Below are positions 49,001 through 61,000 of a stretch of 64,000 nt of DNA, piece after piece (within the stretch, counting starts at the first letter, position 1; each line of letters begins with the position of its first letter). The notes under the pieces were generated by a model. It ran no database searches and was not told the origin of the DNA. It worked only from the letters and a program-made list of their open reading frames with translations. Source of the DNA: Lytechinus pictus. Its lineage: Eukaryota. Location: assembly GCF_037042905.1 (NCBI RefSeq), contig NC_087246.1:5520001-5584000 (forward strand), in the 5' to 3' direction. The translations under genes were made by a program, and so were the position numbers.

Positions 49001-52000
49001 TCATCTTTCATGCTATTTGCTGATGGCACTACAGTATTTTCATCTGGCAATGATCCTCTTTAAAGTTACTGAGCTAATAATGGTTTTCTTGCCAATAAAC
49101 TTTTAATCAAGTTTCACAAAACAAGTTGTTCTTAAAACATGCAATAAATATATTGATTAAACCATATAGCTGTGTTATCATATTCTTAGTAAAAAAAGAA
49201 GAAATAATTGATGGGAAATCTATAAATCTAGAATAAAGGATTAATTGGCCACATATACAAGACCTCAAAAGAGATTGACAGTGAAAGTAGGATGTGGCTA
49301 TGTAAAGCACACAGGTAGAAGGATATGAAAGAAACATATCCTGATCGATTAGTGCAGCAAAATGAAATTCCCCAATAGAAAGACATAAATCTCATTAGGA
49401 TCACTGAAATGTAATGAGCTCAGTCAAGATAAATAGACACATTGAATTTCAAGTAATGAGTAGTATATTATGGATACCATACATAGTTTGACTAGCAAAA
49501 ATGAATTTTGAAATGTCTAATTACTGTAATTCAATATGATGTTCTATAAGAGCCCATACAAACACACTTAGTTAATATCTCTTCAATACATAAACAGTAT
49601 TAAAGAAATGCACAACATTAGACGTAGAAGTAGAACAAAACGACGGAGGGAGGAGGAAGTGGAGGAGGAGGGGAAAAGAAAGGAGAGAAAAAGAAAGAAT
49701 TAAGAAAAAGACAGCAAAAAAATACTATGAAGGGAGGTAAGATTATTATTATTCAGCAGTAGGCAGAAATAAACTGTGGTAGAGTATATCTTTGTGAAAA
49801 TATCTCCCTTACCAATGGATGTTTGATGAATATTATGTGATCTTTCATCTCGCTTAGGTTTCCAACAGCAACACTGTATAACTCCTGTTCCATCATCAAC
49901 TGAATATTAAAATAAAAATAATTAATCAACAAAGCACTAGACAAGTATGGAAACATCACATTATTATGAATGTATGGATAGACAACACCATCACTGCTTT
50001 TGTGCATAATTTTGTTTTGGGGTAAGAAGTTTCTTCATTAAGTGACAAATCATATTAAGAAGAATCTTGATAAAAAAAAATATATGACAATTTTTGTGTC
50101 TAAGTATATGAACATAGAAACATGATTAGGAGTTTTAAACCACATTGAAAACTACATAGAACAAACAAGAACATTTTGTTGACCACGGACATGCCAGGGT
50201 TAGGTCCAAGTGTGAAAAAAAAAAATCAATTTTTACACTTATGCTGGGATCGTTGAAACCTTTCTACATCTGCCTCATATTTTTCTTTCTTTCTCTCATT
50301 TTTTTCTCTTTCCATCTAAATGTACCTCTCACTCTCTTTCTTTATCAGTGTCACACTCTCTTTCTACCATTTCAATATTTTTCCACTTGTACTCTCTCAA
50401 TTCCACTCTCAATATTTTGTTCTTTTCATTTTTATCTTGCTATTCTTTTATCCCCAAGAAATGTTAAAACATAATTCTTTGAATTGCTAAAGAACTTGTC
50501 ACTATACTTCAAAAAGTTTTAAATATACCAGCATAATTGAAGAATCGTTCTCTCTCTGCAATGCTGACGACAATTCCCATCACGTCAACTCTGTAGATAG
50601 GATGGTTCTTGTAAGCAAATGCATCTGCTTGTAAAAACATAAGGAAACACAGAGAACAAGGAAATATATTTAGTGCTTTATGTTGACAGCAAAAGAGGCA
50701 TTGGAAAGCAGTATGGCTTTCTGGTTCTAAGCACACATTGCTTTGACTGGAATTCATCCAAGTTCTATGTCCAAATGTCATTTTAAAGGCTTTAGTTTAC
50801 ACATACCGTAGGCCTGTACATCTATTCCTGTATCAATTACAAAATATATCAATTAGTGGGTTATTTAATATTTTGTGTCAAGGATAGTGTTCAAAGCATA
50901 TAAAAAATAAAGTGCTGTCAACTCAAGCTTTAAGACCAATGTGGATATAAGAAATCAAAAAGAATATCCATTAAACTGTTTATCTTAATTGCTCAAAATT
51001 TTGGGAGGTAAGTCCATGCACATTCCTCAATTCAAATACTTAAAGGGGCAGCGCTAGAGTGTTTGAGGGGGAGACAACTTCAATTTAATTCAATAACAGG
51101 GGTATCACATAGTTACATGTACATGGCCACTACCACTCTTTAAGATTATCTTCTTTCTTCTTCCTTCTTTTCATGGCCATGCACAGAATTTTTATCCAGG
51201 GCAAGATGCATACACCTGTACAAACTTTTGAAGAAACTCGAAAGAGAGTGAGCAAAGTGACTGAGCTTGTGATAGGGGTTCTTTTTCATTTCTACAGGGA
51301 GAGTTTTCAAAATTTATGGGGGCAGGTAACTGCCTCCCTCCCCCCTGCATACAGCCATGCTCCCTTTATATTCCTCTTCCCTTTTTCCTTTTTTTTGGAC
51401 AAATTGAGTAATAATGGAGTTGGGGGTGGGAATCACCACATGCGACATTGTCACCCCTGATATAAATGCTGTCAACAGTCAAACTTATATTCACTCATTA
51501 TGTCATCATTTTAATTCAAATATGATTGCAACCAGTCCAACCAGTCCAAGCTATTATAGGGTAAATGACTTAATGGCATACACGACCCCAGGGGACCATT
51601 TCACTTTACGTTTTGTCCGACGAGTTGTCAGATCTGACATCTTCCCTTAAACTTGATTGGCTGAAAGGTACTGTTACCATGGTAACTGTCGGATAAAACA
51701 AGATTTGTCAGATAAAACGTCCGACAAGTCCTTTATGAAACGCTCCTCTGTATATACCTCCATAAAATTAAAGGGATTCTTCACACCATTGCAAATTTTC
51801 CATGGCAATCCCGTTGTCATTGTCTACAACATCCTATATCTACCCGCTTCCCCCTTCCCAACAGTGGGTTTCTTCCAATGAAATGGAAAACTAATCCCTG
51901 AGGAGTAATACAATCTAATTTGTTTTGTTGTATCACTTATCGAGAAAAGTCTGGACTGAGTCCAAATTTAGTAAGCAATCTCCACTTTAATGTAGGCATG

Positions 52001-55000
52001 CATCTAAATCACAATACATATCAAATGATCTCTTAGCTATCAACCAGGGAAGCCTCATTAGTAATTTCCTTAGTGCACTTTAATTATCATTAAAATGAAA
52101 ATACACCCAGATTTATGTTGTTTTTGAGAGAGGCAAACACATGAGAATAAAGGGTTTGGTAAAATAATGATACAAAATATGAGTTTGACATTTCAAGCAA
52201 ATGATACTCGTAACTGTGCCCCCCCCCCCCTTCTACCACTCTCCCCTTTGATGTTTATCTCTACTTTATCTAGTGAACATGCCATGGAAATTGCTGTGCT
52301 TTTCAAGGGTGAAAAGATGCTTAAATGTACATATCAAATAAAAAAAGTTTTTTCTTATTTCTTTGACTATTTGTGGAAAATCTTTTTATACCCTCACCAA
52401 ACAAAGTTTGAAGAGGCTATATACAAATCAGCGTATGGACGGCCGTCGCGGTTAGGCAGGTGGTCCTCTGCAAAGCTTGCAGCTCAAACTACTTCCTCAG
52501 TTTTTAAAGAATTCTTGTGGAACTGCATTGCCACGGTAACGGTATATTACAACAATATGAAACTTATACAAATGATGAAAATTGTGCAACTTTACAACAA
52601 AAGATGATGTACATATGTCAAATTATAGACCTATTGCCATCTTCCCGATTTTTGCAAAGCTCCTTCAGAAAATAATGTATACCTGTTTATATAATTTCAT
52701 GCAAAATAACAAAATTTAATCAGATAAACAGTTTGATTTCAGAAAACAGTATTCAACTTCATTAGCAATATTCAATATATCTGATTATATTCTGACAGAA
52801 ATGGATAAGGGTAATTACTGCATTGGTTTGTTTATTGATCTATCCAAGGCATTTGACACCATTGACCATCATTCTGTTACAAAAACTTGAATGTTGTGGA
52901 ATTTGATGAGTTGCACTACAACTGTTAACTTATTTATTTCATTTACTTCATAGAAAATAATTATATTATATTGGATGGCTCGGAGTGGAATACCAGAAAG
53001 TTTGGGAAAATATTCCATGAATCGCAGATGAGTGGAATATTGGCCCTAACGAGTGGAATATTTCTGGTATTCCATGAAATGAAGCCCTCCAATATAATTT
53101 TTATCATCTATCCCACCCCTACCAATCAAAAGGAGGGAGAAATTTAAGAACAAGTCATATCACTTATCACATAATGGCATCATCACTTAATATCAAATGT
53201 GGTCATTGACATGCGACTTGCATGTAGTCCATTATGACGTCATAGAGAGTCGTTGTGCTCTTGCTGCGCATCACATTGCTTTCATTGTTGTACGCATTGT
53301 ATATTTCACGCATACGTCCATGCGCAGTATACTGTTAAATATGCTCTCATATTCTATAGGAAATTTTGTACAGGAGTCTATATGGGATATTCGTCGGATT
53401 TTGGTCCTTTTAGGGATACGCTCTGATACTGCACAAGCAATGATGCAGACCGAAATATGCGTTTTTAAAAACTTATATAGTAAACAAATATATCAGGCTT
53501 TGAGAAAGTATAGTGGAATTATTTATCCAAGGTTGGTCTGGCAATTACTATTTTTCTCGAGGGGCGAAGCCGCGAGGGAAATATAGTAGTTTTGCCAGTC
53601 CAACCGAGGATTAATAATTCCCACTATGCTTTCGAATGAAACGCCTGATATATTTGTTTTATATCCTACTTTTAATAATGTATAACCAAAATCTATGTGC
53701 TGAGCTTGCAAAGTCCGGTTACTTGAGTTGAATTACCTACTTTCCTCCAAGCCATCGCGCTCAGCGGAACGTAGATTAGTGCCTGCGCCGACGCATCGCT
53801 GGACTTGCCCGGGAGAGAGCGCGCTGGCCGGTGCGCCCGAGAGTTTAGCTAGATATCCAGTTTTGTGAAATAATGACGTCAGACCTCGATATATCCAAAA
53901 ATATATCGAGGTCTGACGTCACGCAACATCATAGTTGAAATATATTCGGTCACATGATGCTACTTGAACCAATCACTATACAGGATTTACTCTAAGTAGG
54001 ATATAAATGATAATATGTCATGGTCAATGGTGTCAAATCTTCTAAACAATGTAACAATTACAGAGTTCCTCTAGGTTCAGTTCTGGGTCCTCTCCTATTC
54101 CTAATCTATATTAATGATTAATTCCTCTAGAACATTTAATTTTCCTTGTTAGCCGACGATACTGTAACTGCTATAAATAATAAAAACATTCCAAATCTCA
54201 TCTCCTCAGCAAACAGGGAAATTACTTGTGTCTCCTTGTGGTTCAAAGCAAATAAATTATAATTAAATCTATCTAAAACTAATCATGTAATTTTTCGAAC
54301 AAATAGAAAGGTACCCACAGACTTTTAAAAAAGAAGTTGAGAATGTTTGGTTTTTAGACCTGTGTTAACAATCAATGAATACCCTGACTGGAATTTCCAT
54401 ACGTCTATAATATCTAATTCAATACTGACTCAGTAGCAAAAGGTGTTGGTGTTTTACTGAGACTAAAATATACTTTGCCAGGAGAAAACATTCTTTTTTT
54501 CCAGAATCACAAAAATTTAAGTCTTTTGGTAAGCTTTCGCTCGCTAGGCTGCAAGCTTCGTCAGACCGTCGTTGCTGTAGTAGCTGTCGTAGGTGGTGCT
54601 GTTGTTGATGCAGCACGACTGAGTATGGGATCGTACATCGAGGATAGTGCATATTGTCCTATAGGGGGGGTTCTGCTCTACTCGAATGTGGATGGCCTCC
54701 CTAATCCATCTGGTAGACGAGCAAGTATAAAACTTTCTTTCCAAATGATGGAGTGGTTAGTTATAAGGTCACTGAGGGCAGTCTTTTTCAGTTGAGAAGA
54801 AGCAAGTTTTTTCCTTGTTATTGTGAAAGGTGCTGAACTTACACTCTCTGCTTCTACTTGTTCACTTTTCCTTGTTCCGAACTTCCTGCCTGTTTCACCA
54901 ATGTAGCAACTATTGCAGTCCTTGCAAAGAATTTTGCAAACCACACCTGTACAGTCCTCAGTTTTTCGCTTGTACTTGGGGTGTACTAGAAGGGCACAAA

Positions 55001-58000
55001 GCTTAGTGTGAGGTCTCATAGCAGGGGATATGTTGAACTTGCAGTACACCCTCTGCAAAGCTTCTGAGGTCCCTTTGACATAAGGAATTGTGACCATCCC
55101 TTTCAAGGATTGACGAGGGTCATGACACCCGTTTTGTTGCTGTTTGGGTCGAGTGTTGTCTGTCTTCTTAAACAACCAGTCTGGATAGCCGCATCTGCTG
55201 AGAGAAGTCAAAATCTGTTCTTCTTCCTCAGCGAGGTCACAATCCTTGGTGGTGGTGGATTCTGCTCTATCTATACGAGTACGGATGGAGAGGGTGGTAA
55301 ACTTGAAATTGAGGTACTGTCCAGTGTGGGTAACTTTTCTATAGACGACAAGTTTGTTTGTCCTATCCGGTTCTTTACAAATTCTGGTCTCTAAGAAGGG
55401 GATGGAGTTTTCCTGTTCGACTTCATGTGTGAATTTGACAGCACTGCCGGTGTCGTCTACTTGGTTCATATGAGAAGGTAATCTGTCCTTACTGTTCTTA
55501 TCCACAATAGCAAGAACATCATCTACATAACGCTTCCAGATTCTAGGTTTGATGTCATCTGGAGCCAGGGCGATCGCTTTCTGTTCTACATGCTCCATAA
55601 AGATGTTAGCGACAATGGGTGACACAGGACTCCCCAAGGCAGCTCCAAACCTTCGCCATCATACTGCATCAGCAAGAGTGCCAGCTACGATAGCTACTAC
55701 AGCAACGACGGTCTGACGAAGCTTGCAGCCTAGCAAGCGAAAGCTTACCAAACAAGTGGAACGCCTCTGGCAGTCTCGCCTGCATTACGCGATTTAATAT
55801 AGCAGCAGTCCTAACTTTGAAAACTTCTATAAAATAATCATTCACAAAAACACCATTCATATAATGACATTATACCACGTTCATTGACCATAAATGACAT
55901 TTGAACGGTGACTTAAGACTTGTCAACTACACCCATGTCCACATTTCATTCACTCTATCTATAAACTTTCAAAGTTATGATGGCAATTCAACAATTACCC
56001 CAACATGACCTAAGTTTATTGACCTTAATTGATCTTTGACCTTGGTTTTGTGACCTGAAACTCACAGGGGATGTTCAGTGATACTTGATTACTCTTATAT
56101 CCCAAGTTTTATGAACTAGATCCATAAACTTTCAGACTTTGGATGGTAATTTAACAAATACCCCCAACACGGCCAAAGTTCATTGACCTTAAATGACCAT
56201 TGACCCCGGTCATGTGACCTGAAACTCGCACAGGATATTCAGTGGTACTTGATTAACCTAATGTCCAAGTTTCATGAACTAGATCCATAAATTTTCAAAG
56301 TTATGATGGTAATTCAACAAATACCCCCAACTTGGCCAAAGTTCATTTTCCCTAAATGACCTTTGACGTTGGTCATGTGACCTGAAACTCAGGCAGGACG
56401 TTCAGTAATACTTGATTAACCTTATGTCCAAGTTTCATAAACTAGGTCTATACACTTTTTAAGTTATGATGTCATTTCAAAAACTTAACCTTAGGTTAAG
56501 ATTTGATGTTGACGCCGCCGCCGCCATCGGAAAAGCGGCGCCTATAGTCTCGCTCTGCTATGCAGGCGAGACAAAAACAGGTAATTTTCATGATTGTGGA
56601 AAAAATAATGTTTTCTCATGTCTACACACCAATCAGCATGCTTTGCCAAGTTATATATTCAAACTGCTAAACTCATTTAAGTTATTATAATCATGTTGGT
56701 AAATACTTACACATCTCACATCTCACCTTGAACATTTGTTTATACTTCAGAAAAGAGCTGTAAGAATTATAACCAAATCAAATCATAATGCACCAAGAGC
56801 CCCCATTTTTCAATCACAAAGGATTTTACTTTAGATGATCTATACCCTTAAACACTCATATTTTTTTTCTTTCCATTTGAATAAGTTTGATAAAAGCATA
56901 AGATCAAATTTAGCATAGATTTTAAGTCCCTTTGTCTGGCATTTTATTGAATCTTTCACACCAATCTATTCCTTAAGTTCAGTACACTTTCACACTGGGA
57001 TTGTAACAATGATATAGATTTAAAGAGCGCGGAATCTATTCACTAAAGTATATGTGCTATATAGGACTTTTAAAATGCTTGTTATTAATCATATAGATGT
57101 GTATGCTGATCATTCTGCTATTCTGAGTATGTATGTGAGTGTAAGTGCGTGTGGGTGTTCTTATATAATGCAATCTTTATTATTTTGTTTAAGGGCCATA
57201 CCCAACAAAACAAAAAAGCTTTTCTTTTGGTCCTTACCATATTTCGTATCAATTTTCTGCTCATCTGATATTATGTTTATAATAATAATAATAATACATA
57301 TGATTTATATAGCATCTCTTCCAATTTGATTAAATGCTCAAGACGCTCATAAGAGAGCAAAACATAAAAGTAGAGAGAACTAAGAGAAGTACAAGAAAGG
57401 GTAAATTACAAATGAGGATAAATGTCTGTCTTCAAACCTAGTACCTGCTGGTGAACATATGCAATTTTAGGTTGCCCTTAAAGGATGTTGCAGAGTTTGA
57501 GTTCTTCAGCTCCTGTGGTAGTGAATTCCACAGGGCTGGTCCGGCATGAGCAAAGGCTTGATTGCCCCAGGATTTTTTAGATAGTGAAATATGTAAGAGA
57601 CTAGATTGGGATGATCGCAGTGTGCATGCAGGTTGATAGTGGTGTATAAGAGACTTGTTGTAATCGGGTGCGGATCCATTGATGATATGATAAACCAAAA
57701 GTAGAATTTTGAAAACTATGCGATCCTTTATGGGCAACCAGTGGAGGTCTTAAAGAACAGGAGTGTTTATTTGACAGAGAAACAATGCGAGCTGCTGAAT
57801 TCTGAAGTTTTTTAAGTCAGGTAATTTTAGAGTTAGGTATATTAAAGAAAAGACTATTGCCGAAATCAAGACGTGAGGAGATGAGTGAGTGCAAAAGTTT
57901 CTCTGTTGCAGAACGAGTTAAATATTTTGGAATGAAACCAATGTTACGCAATTTATAGCGGACAGATTTACAAATACTGATTTGACATTGACATTTGGGA

Positions 58001-61000
58001 ATCCAAAATTACACCAAGATTGCGGCAAGAATCAGAGAGAAAAACAGGATTTCCGGCAATGAAAATGGAGTCTATGTTAAGTTTACTTAATTGAGATTTG
58101 GAGCCAAAAAGCATGAACTCACATTTATTGCACATGGTTAAGTTGGAGTGAATTTGATTTCATCCAGGTGTCAATAGCAGAAATGCAATTTTCGAAAATG
58201 CGCAAAGCTTGGAAGATTGAATTTGGTCTGGTGGAAAAGAGACAAAAACCTGTATATCATCGGCATAAATATGGTAATGAACAGGGTGATTATGAAAAAT
58301 ATGGCGAAGACCGAGAAAGGAAAATTGAAAATAAGGTTGGCCCGCCTACAGAACCCTGCGGTACTCCACAACCTAATGACCGTGAGGAGGATGTGAAACC
58401 GTCATGAACGACAGACTGAATGGTATGATAGGTAAGATCTAAACCATTCAAGAGCCTGGACCTGGATACCTAAGATGGCAAGAGTATTTACAAGTATCTT
58501 GGGATCTACTGTATTGAAGGCCGAAGACTGATCTAATAGGACCATTGCTGTAGCAGATCTAGAGTCCATTTTCTGCAATATAAAACTAGAGACATTTATG
58601 AGTAGAGTCTCAACACTATGATGAGGTCGGTAAGGCGACTGAAAAAGGTAAAGTAAATTGTGTTCTAACAAAGATTCGTGCAGTCGAGTGAACACAACTC
58701 TCTCAAGGATCTTAAACAGAAAATGAAAATTGCAAACTGGACGATAATTCTTCAGGGATTCCCGATCCAAAGAGGGTTTTTTTCAACAAAGGACAAATCA
58801 GAGCCGACTTTGAAACAGAAGACACAGTGGCTTGATCTATACTGAGGTTAACAATTTGACAATTGGGGCAAAAGTGGAAGCGCAATCCTTAACTAGAATA
58901 GTAGGAACAGGATCTAATTGGCAAGATTTTGGAGGCAGTTAACAAATAAGGGAAAGAATTTCATCTGCGCTGGTATGTTGGAAAGTCCCGAGGTAGTTAG
59001 AGGTGACTGGCTCTGATTCAGATGGCACGCTATGATGTAGACTATTTCGGATTTTATTAACTTTAGAATGAAAAAACTTCCATCGGTGTAAGTTGGTAGA
59101 GGAGCAGACTGCTTCCGGTTCAGAAGTCGATTTGCCATGCTGAAGAGTTTCTTATGATCATTCCCACAGTTTTCGATGAGTCTGGTGTGATATGAGCGCT
59201 TCGCTTGTGAAACAAGGTATGTACATTATGTTTTTTACCCTGTATCCTGTATATACATGATTATGGCTGAATAAATAAAAAAAAGATATAAAGGCTGTGG
59301 AAAATTCTGCTACCTGAGTAGCACCGTTACAAGCAGTGGATCCCTGATGTTGAGATAATGCAGTGCATTGGTAAAGGCAAGTTGCGGCCTTTGGCCAACT
59401 AACAAAGAGACTATGGCAGGCCCATGGCATCCGTTTGTCCACCAAGATTGCTGTGTACAGAGCAGTATAGTCCTGAGTGCTCTTATCTATTGCTAGGAGA
59501 CATGGACCACCTACCGCCGACACATCAAACTGCTAGAACAGTTTCACCAACGATGTCTGCTGAGGATCTCCAATATTAAGTGGCAGGACAGAATGTCTAA
59601 ACTCCAGGTCCTCAGAAAAAAGTGTGGTCTCTCCAGCATTGAGAGCTTAATCATAGAGTGCCAACTGAGATGGACAGGAAACATCATCCATATGGATGAT
59701 GACAGGATTCCAAAGATGCTACTGTATTATTGAAAGTGTGAAGCAGGGGCACCTCATGCAAGGAAAATTCCTGGACACTTTTAAAGCAAGCCTGAAAGGG
59801 GAATGAAACCTTTGGAACAAGTGGGCTTGTGTGAAAGAGAAAAATCAAAATATAATGAGAAAGTTATGAGCATGAGAATATTGCGGTCACTAATGCTATG
59901 GAGATCCTCCCATTGGCAATGCGACAAAGATGTGTGATGTCACATGTGAACAACTTTCCCTGTGATGGACTATAAAATACCCCCCAAAAATGTCTCTTTT
60001 TGCTCTTTCTTATGGTGATACATACTCTTTATCCATAAAGTATTCCTGAAAATCTGTATTACATGCCCTCCTATAGAAAGAATAAATGATCTACTGATAG
60101 AAGTGATAAAAAAAGCAGTTTAAGTGAAATATATACAAAAGTAATGGGAAAGTTGTTCACATGTGACATCACACATCTTTGTCGCATTGCCAATTAGAGG
60201 ATCTATATTGCAATAATGATCTAAACTTCATAACTTTCTTATTATTTATTCAATTTTTCTCAAACTTTCGTTGATCTGTTTCTTTGATTTTTCTGTTTTC
60301 ACACAAGCAATCTTGTTTCAAAGGTTTCATTTTCCTTTAAGAGCTGCAATCTCAATGCAAACTCTGGGAAGCAACAGCCCACGACAGAGGTCTTGGACCT
60401 GCACCAATGCACACTAGGCAGACTTTGAAACCAATAGATCAACAGCCATCCAGTCCAAGTAGGAGAGAAGGAAATAAAATCCCTGTTTTCTTTCCCTTTT
60501 AACAGCTGCACATGGCAGGTTGTGTGCATCGCGAATAGGTCAAGACCAACCTCGGTAAATGATTTGTCTGCCTACTCATTTGTCGCATTGACAGAAGATT
60601 TCCAATTTCCAAATAAATTTTGAATCGTGAATTTGAATGTGTATAGACATCTTGCGGATTGAACTACTCCTTCATTTTATGACCGCTGCTCATGGAATTT
60701 AGAACAAACATAGATCTTGAGCTAATAAGTCAGAATGTCAGAAATTGTGTTGCCATGATAACTGCATGCCATGGCCCAAAACCCAAGAAAACTGATTGCA
60801 GATCAGACCACTTCCCCGGTATTGGGGCATTGTTCATGAAAGTTGGAACAAACATTCATCTTGGGTAAAGACATGCAAGATTGATTTTTCCAAATGCATT
60901 GGAAACTGCATTGCCATTGTAACAGAATAGGACGGGAGTATTAAACACTTTCAGTGATATTTCTAGTAAAAAAAAAAAAATTAACATGAATTGTTAGGAA

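Larger units (their letters stand above)
54525..55752 (-). mobile_element. 5'-truncated Penelope/Poseidon-type retroelement with inverted pseudo-LTR
   Basis: ORF 55637-54678: GSPVSPIVANIFME, WKRYVDD, IPFLE, GVVCKILCKDCNSCYIGETGR (GIY-YIG); RWIREAIHI in a shifted frame; 3' end 54525-54615 duplicated inverted at 55663-55752. Confidence 0.92.
52620..56780 (+). mobile_element. Old CR1-group LINE remnant, split by later insertions
   Basis: NYRPIAIFPIFAKL (52621), FIDLSKAFDTIDH (~52830), VPLGSVLGPLLFLIYIND (~54065), LADDT (~54150); stops and frameshifts; continuation after 56577 is tentative. Confidence 0.75.
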
